Of a DNA stretch of 62,936 bases, positions 57,006-62,936 are shown one piece after another. Source of the DNA: an uncultured Deinococcales bacterium (GTDB taxonomy: Bacteria; Deinococcota; Deinococci; Deinococcales; JAAFIG01); the NCBI GenBank assembly GCA_964247135.1, contig CAXTTL010000006.1, positions 1 to 62,936 on the forward strand, in the 5' to 3' direction. The notes beneath the pieces were generated by a model. The model was not told the DNA's origin and ran no database searches. It saw only the letters and a program-made list of their open reading frames with translations. The translations under genes and the position numbers were made by a program. How positions within the stretch are numbered: the first letter of the stretch is position 1; the number at the start of each line of letters is the position of its first letter.

Positions 57006-58178
57006 GTGAATGTCGTGTTTCTCTCACCGCATTTCCCACCGAATTTTTACCAGTTCTGCGTCGGTTTGCGTCACGCCGGCGCAACCGTCATTGGCGTGGG
57101 AGACGAGCATTTCGATAACCTGCGCTCTGAGTTGCGCTCGAGTTTCCGCGAGTATTACCGCATCGATAACATGAACAATTACGACGAGTTGCTGCGGGCA
57201 TTTGGATTTTTAACCTTCAAGCATGGCAAACTCGAGCGTCTGGACAGTCTGAACGAACATTGGCTCGAGACGGAGGCGCAACTGCGCACCGATTTTAATA
57301 TTAGGGGCATCAAGACCGACGGCATTGGGTTCATCAAGCAAAAATCGGAAATGAAAAAATTGTTTCTCGAGGCGGGTGTCCGTGTGGCTCGAGGGCAGGT
57401 GTGCCTCACGCCAGCAGAGACCAGGGCGTTTGCCAAAGAGGTTGGTTTTCCGATTGTGGGAAAGCCCGACATTGGGGTTGGCGCGGCGAAGACCTACAAG
57501 ATCACGGACGATTACGAACTCGAGCATTATTTGAACGACAAATTGCCCGTGCCGTACATCTTGGAGGAGTTTATTTCGGGCGAGATCGTGACTTTCGATG
57601 GTCTGACCGACCTGAGCGGGAACGTCTTGTTTTCGGCGTCGCACCGTTATTCAAAAGGCGTGATGGAAACCGTCAACGAAGACAGCGATATTTTTTATTA
57701 CTCGGTGCGTCAAATCCCCGAAAAACTCGAGCAGGCTGGCTTGGCGGCGTTAAAATCGTTTCAGGTCAAAGAACGCTTTTTTCACCTCGAGTTCTTTGAT
57801 GTGAGCAGCACAAAAGATTGTTCGGAAATCGTGGCGCTCGAGGCGAACATTCGTCCGCCTGGCGGCTTGACGATTGACATGTTCAATTACGCCAACGATA
57901 TCGATGTTTACAAACTCTGGGCAGATTTGGTGGTCAATGGCAAGTTCGATGCGATTTGCGAACGTCCGTATTTTGTCTTGTATTCAGGGCGCAAAAATCA
58001 TCTTCACTACGCGCTTTCCAATGCCGACGTCAGCTTAAAATTCTCGAGCTTGATCTGTCAACAGGAACGGATTACGGACGTGTTCGCGCCCGCCATCGGA
58101 AATTACGGATTTTTGCTGCGTCATGCCAAACTCGAGCCATTGCTGGCGGCGGCGGCAGAGATTCAACGCAAAGCGTAA
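57006..58178 (+). CDS. ATP-grasp domain protein
   Basis: SPHFP, KPDIGVGA, EEFI, FFHLEFF, EANIRPPGG. Confidence 0.88.
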   Translation: MNVVFLSPHFPPNFYQFCVGLRHAGATVIGVGDEHFDNLRSELRSSFREYYRIDNMNNYDELLRAFGFLTFKHGKLERLDSLNEHWLETEAQLRTDFNIRGIKTDGIGFIKQKSEMKKLFLEAGVRVARGQVCLTPAETRAFAKEVGFPIVGKPDIGVGAAKTYKITDDYELEHYLNDKLPVPYILEEFISGEIVTFDGLTDLSGNVLFSASHRYSKGVMETVNEDSDIFYYSVRQIPEKLEQAGLAALKSFQVKERFFHLEFFDVSSTKDCSEIVALEANIRPPGGLTIDMFNYANDIDVYKLWADLVVNGKFDAICERPYFVLYSGRKNHLHYALSNADVSLKFSSLICQQERITDVFAPAIGNYGFLLRHAKLEPLLAAAAEIQRKA

Positions 58179-58385
58179 ATTTCCAAATCAAACGCTCGAG
58201 GTTGCCATAAACCTCGAGCGTTTTGTTTTCAGTGTACAAAAGATTGCCCGATCAAATTCGGCTCGGATTTGCGCCAATCGCGGGCTGCAAATACCTTCAG
58301 CCGAGCATCAGAATAAGGTAAGGAACGGCATAGTTTGGGCATCAATGATGGATGCCAAGGCAAACTTGTGCCATAAGGAGCAACC

Positions 58386-59159
58386 ATGATGCAGTTCGAT
58401 CATTTTTCTGGAGAAAATCTGGATATTGAAGGGGCGCAAATCTATTTTGAAACAACCGGCGACAAGAACAATCCAACTTTGTTGGTCTTGCACGGTGGTT
58501 TTGGAACAATGAAAGATTTTAACAGCGTTATTTCTGGTTTAACCAAAACATATCATGTCATCGGCATTGACAGTCGCGGACAGGGAAAATCGACCACTGG
58601 TTCAAAAAAATTAAGTTATCAACAACTTCAAAACGATGTCGAACGCATTCTCGAGCATCTGGGCATTGATACCCTAAGTATCATTGGGTTTAGCGACGGG
58701 GGAATTACCGCGTACAGGTTGGCTTCTTTGACCTCCCTCAAGATTGAAAAGCTGGTGACGATTGGATCACGCTGGCATCTGAAAAACGTCGAGACAGCCA
58801 GGGATTTGCTCTCAAACGTCAGCGGAGAGGGCTGGAAAACAAAATTTCCCGACACCTATGAAACCTATCAAAAACTTAACCCCAAACCCGATTTTGATGC
58901 GCTCGCCCAATCTCTGGTCAACATGTGGTTGGATTCTGGTTCGTCTGGCTATCCCAACCAAGCCGTGAAGAACATATCTTGTCCCTTATTGATTGTCAGG
59001 GGCGACGACGATCACCTGATCTCGAGGGAAACCGTTTTTGAATTGGCAGGGATCGTTAAGAATTCGAGGTTGCTGAACATCCCGTTCGCAGGGCACGCCG
59101 CGTTTGAGGATCAGAAAGAAATATTCTTGATCTGTTTAAACAAGTTTTTAAACGCATGA
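58386..59159 (+). CDS. Alpha/beta hydrolase
   Basis: LHGG, DSRGQG, GFSDGG, GH. Confidence 0.9.
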   Translation: MMQFDHFSGENLDIEGAQIYFETTGDKNNPTLLVLHGGFGTMKDFNSVISGLTKTYHVIGIDSRGQGKSTTGSKKLSYQQLQNDVERILEHLGIDTLSIIGFSDGGITAYRLASLTSLKIEKLVTIGSRWHLKNVETARDLLSNVSGEGWKTKFPDTYETYQKLNPKPDFDALAQSLVNMWLDSGSSGYPNQAVKNISCPLLIVRGDDDHLISRETVFELAGIVKNSRLLNIPFAGHAAFEDQKEIFLICLNKFLNA

Positions 59160-59191
59160 TACGAACTGAACCGGATTGCTCGAGCCTAACT

Positions 59192-60109
59192 TCAAGCCAC
59201 GAAATGATTCGCTTTCAAATCACTGATGGTCATCTCGAGCTTTTGTTGTTCGTTCTCTGAAAGCGGCAGGTGCAAGGTTTCTTCAACGCCGTGCTTACCC
59301 ACAAGTCGCGGCAACGAGAACGCCACCTCACTTGGTTTGGTCACGGCACTGAGGGCAAAGACATTTCGGGTGTTGTGCAAAATTGCGTCGCTCAGGTCGG
59401 CGAGCAATGCACCAATACCATAAGAGGTCGCGCCTTTGCCTTCGATCACGCGTTGGTTTGAACGCACGACCTCATCAGTCAGGCTTTGGTAATCAAAGTT
59501 GTTCCAACTTAAATTTCTGGTTTTCAAAAACGTCTCGAGTGGCATTCCTGCCACCGTAACACTCGACCAGATCACGACACCAATGTTGCCCTCTTCGCCA
59601 ATCACGTAACCGTGAACGTTTTCAAAGTTAACCTCGAGTTTGCGGGCGATGGCGGCACGAAGTTGCAGGGTTTGCAGGGCTGTGCCAACGCCGATCACTC
59701 GGGTTTTGGCGTCCACTGGAACAAGTTGTGTGCTCAGCATGGTCAGGGCATCGACCGGTTGCGACGCGACCAGCAGCACGGCTTTGGGCGCAACGGTCAA
59801 GACTTCTGGAATCAGTTTGCGGTACAGTTCAGAATTTTCCTCGAGCAGCAATTTACGATCACGACCATTTTTTTGGCGCGAACCTGGGGTCAGGATGATC
59901 AGGCTGGCATCTTTTAAATCGCTGGTGTTGCCGCTGCTCACCTTGGTGGCGCGTTTGGTCAGGGCGGCGTCGCGCAGGTCTGCGGCTTGCGCCTCGGCTT
60001 TGGCTTGGTTCACATCGACCAAAATCACTTCGTCACCGATGCCACGTAACACAATGGCGTTGGCTGCGGCTGAACCAATTGCACCTGCGCCAATAATTCC
60101 AATTTTCAT
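59192..60109 (-). CDS. L-lactate dehydrogenase homologue with substituted catalytic residues
   Basis: GAGAIG, LVD, KGATSYGIG present; ASQPVD, TALQTLQ and IGEEG replace NPVD, LDTAR and GEHG. Confidence 0.85.
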   Translation of the reverse strand: MKIGIIGAGAIGSAAANAIVLRGIGDEVILVDVNQAKAEAQAADLRDAALTKRATKVSSGNTSDLKDASLIILTPGSRQKNGRDRKLLLEENSELYRKLIPEVLTVAPKAVLLVASQPVDALTMLSTQLVPVDAKTRVIGVGTALQTLQLRAAIARKLEVNFENVHGYVIGEEGNIGVVIWSSVTVAGMPLETFLKTRNLSWNNFDYQSLTDEVVRSNQRVIEGKGATSYGIGALLADLSDAILHNTRNVFALSAVTKPSEVAFSLPRLVGKHGVEETLHLPLSENEQQKLEMTISDLKANHFVA

Positions 60110-60137
60110 GATCTTCTCCTCCACCTCGAGCACGCTG

Positions 60138-60626
60138 TTATTTGGCTAAATTTGCTCGTGCGCGTTTGTCTTGCTGGTGCGCCCGTTGCCCAGCCCGAAC
60201 CAGCATGACTGGCGGACGGGCAAGATGCGCCACGCGTTCTGCCACGCTGCCGAGCAGCACCTTGTCAAAACCTTGCCGTCCGTGGGTGCCCATCACGATC
60301 AGGTCAACATTTTCTTCGTGGGCAACCCTGGTGATGACATCTGCCACACGTTCGTTGTGTGCCTCGAGTTTTAAGGGTTTGGCATGGCTATAGCCCAAAG
60401 TTTGAATGGCATCGTTTAAAATTCCGTTCGAGTCCCTGGCTTGTTCGTGTTGTACTGCTTTTTCGGTGCTTGTGATGCCTGGTTTGATGTTTGGGTAGAA
60501 CAAATCTGGAATCACGTGCAAGACCAGCAACAACGATCCCATCGGGCGTGCCAGATCAACGGCGACTTGCAAGGCTTCATTGGAGAGTTCGCTGCCATCG
60601 GTGGTGACGAGTACACGGTCAAACAT
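60138..60626 (-). CDS. Universal stress protein
   Basis: VLVTTDGS, DLIVMGTHGR, LGSVAERV. Confidence 0.92.
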   Translation of the reverse strand: MFDRVLVTTDGSELSNEALQVAVDLARPMGSLLLVLHVIPDLFYPNIKPGITSTEKAVQHEQARDSNGILNDAIQTLGYSHAKPLKLEAHNERVADVITRVAHEENVDLIVMGTHGRQGFDKVLLGSVAERVAHLARPPVMLVRAGQRAHQQDKRARANLAK

Positions 60627-61194
60627 GGGTTGTTCCTCCCTCGGGTTTTGCGGTTTGAGTTTTGTCACTGTGCTTGACGTGTTCAGCTTTGTCACTGCGC
60701 TTGGCGTGTTCAGCTTCGTCAGGACGCTTGGCGTGTTCAGCTTCGCCGAGATGCCAGCGCGGGTCGGTGTCTTTGCGCCTGGAGATCATCACGGGAATGC
60801 TCGAGAGTCGCGCGACGCGTTCGGCAACGCTGCCGAGCAAACTGTAATCAAAACCGGTGCGTCCGTGCGTGCCAATCAGTAAATAATCAAAATCCTCGCT
60901 TTCGGCATAGGCAACAATTTCTTCTGCCACATGCTCACCCTCGAGCAATTTGGAATCGACCGAAATTTCCCAACCCGTTTCGCCAATTTGCGCCCAACGC
61001 TGCAAGAGTTCTTGGGTTTCGGTTTTTTGATGCACAAAATGCTGCCAAGCCCAATCACTGGGATTGTTTGGTCTAAGCACAACACTGGTCAGCACCACTC
61101 GAGCACCCATACGACGCGCCATTGCAAATGCAGTACACGCGGCGTTTTCGCTGCAAGGTGTGCCGTCCACCGCCACCAAAATTTTCTTTAACAT
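60619..61194 (-). CDS. Universal stress protein with a repetitive C-terminal tail
   Basis: ILVAVDG, GTHGR, LGSVAERV; (E/K)AEH(A/V)K(R/H)(P/S)D x3. Confidence 0.9.
   Translation of the reverse strand: MLKKILVAVDGTPCSENAACTAFAMARRMGARVVLTSVVLRPNNPSDWAWQHFVHQKTETQELLQRWAQIGETGWEISVDSKLLEGEHVAEEIVAYAESEDFDYLLIGTHGRTGFDYSLLGSVAERVARLSSIPVMISRRKDTDPRWHLGEAEHAKRPDEAEHAKRSDKAEHVKHSDKTQTAKPEGGTTHV
60661..60745. repeat. 27-bp coding tandem repeat x3
   Basis: TT(T/C)GTCA...GCTTG(A/G)CGTGTTCAGC at 60661, 60688, 60715. Confidence 0.9.
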
Positions 61195-61232
61195 CCAAGA
61201 CCTCCTTTAACTGATCTCAGAATGCTTGGACT

Positions 61233-61251
61233 GCATTACCAGGGCATTACG
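61233..61251 (-). promoter_or_regulatory. Direct-repeat box 11 (usp-usp-ldh-like operon)
   Basis: CGTAATGC-CCT-GGTAATGC, 8 nt, CATTCT. Confidence 0.85.
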
Positions 61252-61353
61252 ATGCTGTGCAAGACGGTACAATCTCAATGTCTGTACGCATCGAATCATC
61301 CAGTTGAGGTCGTGTTTGCAGCACCTTCACGATGTTTAACGCGAAGCGATTCC

Positions 61354-61462
61354 GCCCGATAGGTGCTATCTTACGAGCAAGAAGCGCGAGTAGCCCGATA
61401 GGTGCTATCTTACGAGCAAGAAGCGCGAGTAGCCCGATAGGTGCTATCTTACGAGCAAGAAG
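61354..61462. repeat. 39-bp tandem repeat x2.8
   Basis: GCCCGATAGGTGCTATCTTACGAGCAAGAAGCGCGAGTA at 61354, 61393, 61432 (last copy partial). Confidence 0.95.
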
Positions 61463-61564
61463 TGGCGATGATGAAGCGAAACGATCAAATAATTTTTGAT
61501 CTCAAAAAACATCAAGTCCGGAACGCTCGAGACGCTGTAGAATTATCGTCTACGGAGGCAACAC

Positions 61565-62569
<1,005 letters not shown>

Positions 62570-62572
62570 GTT

Positions 62573-62936
62573 GTGATTCACGTCCATTTGCTCGATGCGG
62601 CAAATCATTTGGGGGAATATCGCCAGAAGATTCTCGAGCTTGCTGAGCAAACCATTGCACAGGTGCAAGGCTTGTTGGTTGTCGATCAGGTGGACGTGAT
62701 GATCGCTAGAAATCCAACTTGGGCAATCCCAGAAAGTGGCTTTGGCGGTTATTGTCCCGAGCCGCACTTGGTTCAAATCTGGCTTGACCCGAGCGCTCAG
62801 GATTTTGCAGAGAACCTCGAGATTGAACTGACGGCAACGATTGCCCACGAATTACATCACGCGGTACGATGGCACAATCCTGGTTACGGCAGAACGCTGC
62901 TCGAGGCGATGGTGACTGAAGGGCTGGCAGAATGTT
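62573..62936 (+). CDS. DUF2268/YjaZ-type putative Zn protease, runs off the window
   Basis: Manual translation: IPE.GFGG...TIAHELHHAVRW...GYG.TL.EAMV.EGLA. Confidence 0.85.
   Translation, partial: MIHVHLLDAANHLGEYRQKILELAEQTIAQVQGLLVVDQVDVMIARNPTWAIPESGFGGYCPEPHLVQIWLDPSAQDFAENLEIELTATIAHELHHAVRWHNPGYGRTLLEAMVTEGLAEC

Overview
Chromosomal segment of a bacterium that looks like Deinococcota (Deinococcales-like). Many genes are leaderless, with a TANNNT -10 box 5-9 nt before the start codon, and the palindrome CTCGAG is extremely over-represented (28 copies counted by eye in the first ~4 kb). Housekeeping content includes a UbiD-family decarboxylase (partial), a two-component pair, glnA, sufE, a peptide ABC transporter, hrpB, rlmB, a PfkB kinase, and lysC/asd with a Thr/Ile leader-peptide attenuator. 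The main discovery is a candidate low-oxygen/redox regulon. Eleven promoters (22.9-37.8 kb and 61.2 kb) share an 11-bp-period direct repeat, roughly SGTAAYGC-N3-SGTAAYNN, placed exactly 8 nt upstream of a weakened -10 (mostly CANNNT). The genes it precedes encode a pentaheme cytochrome c, two paralogous His-containing membrane proteins plus a DOMON protein, five USP proteins, a CoA-disulfide reductase-like flavoprotein, pyruvate:ferredoxin oxidoreductase with its DHOD-like partner (internal TGA), a CoA-binding protein, DsbA/VKOR, and an LDH homologue lacking the catalytic residues. Also present: a dispersed family of 37-39-bp tandem repeats with a shared core, two paralogous RelE-type TA pairs bracketing lysC, small ORFs missing from the ORF track, and a frameshifted LMW-PTP. 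All calls come from reading the sequence; no database searches were run.
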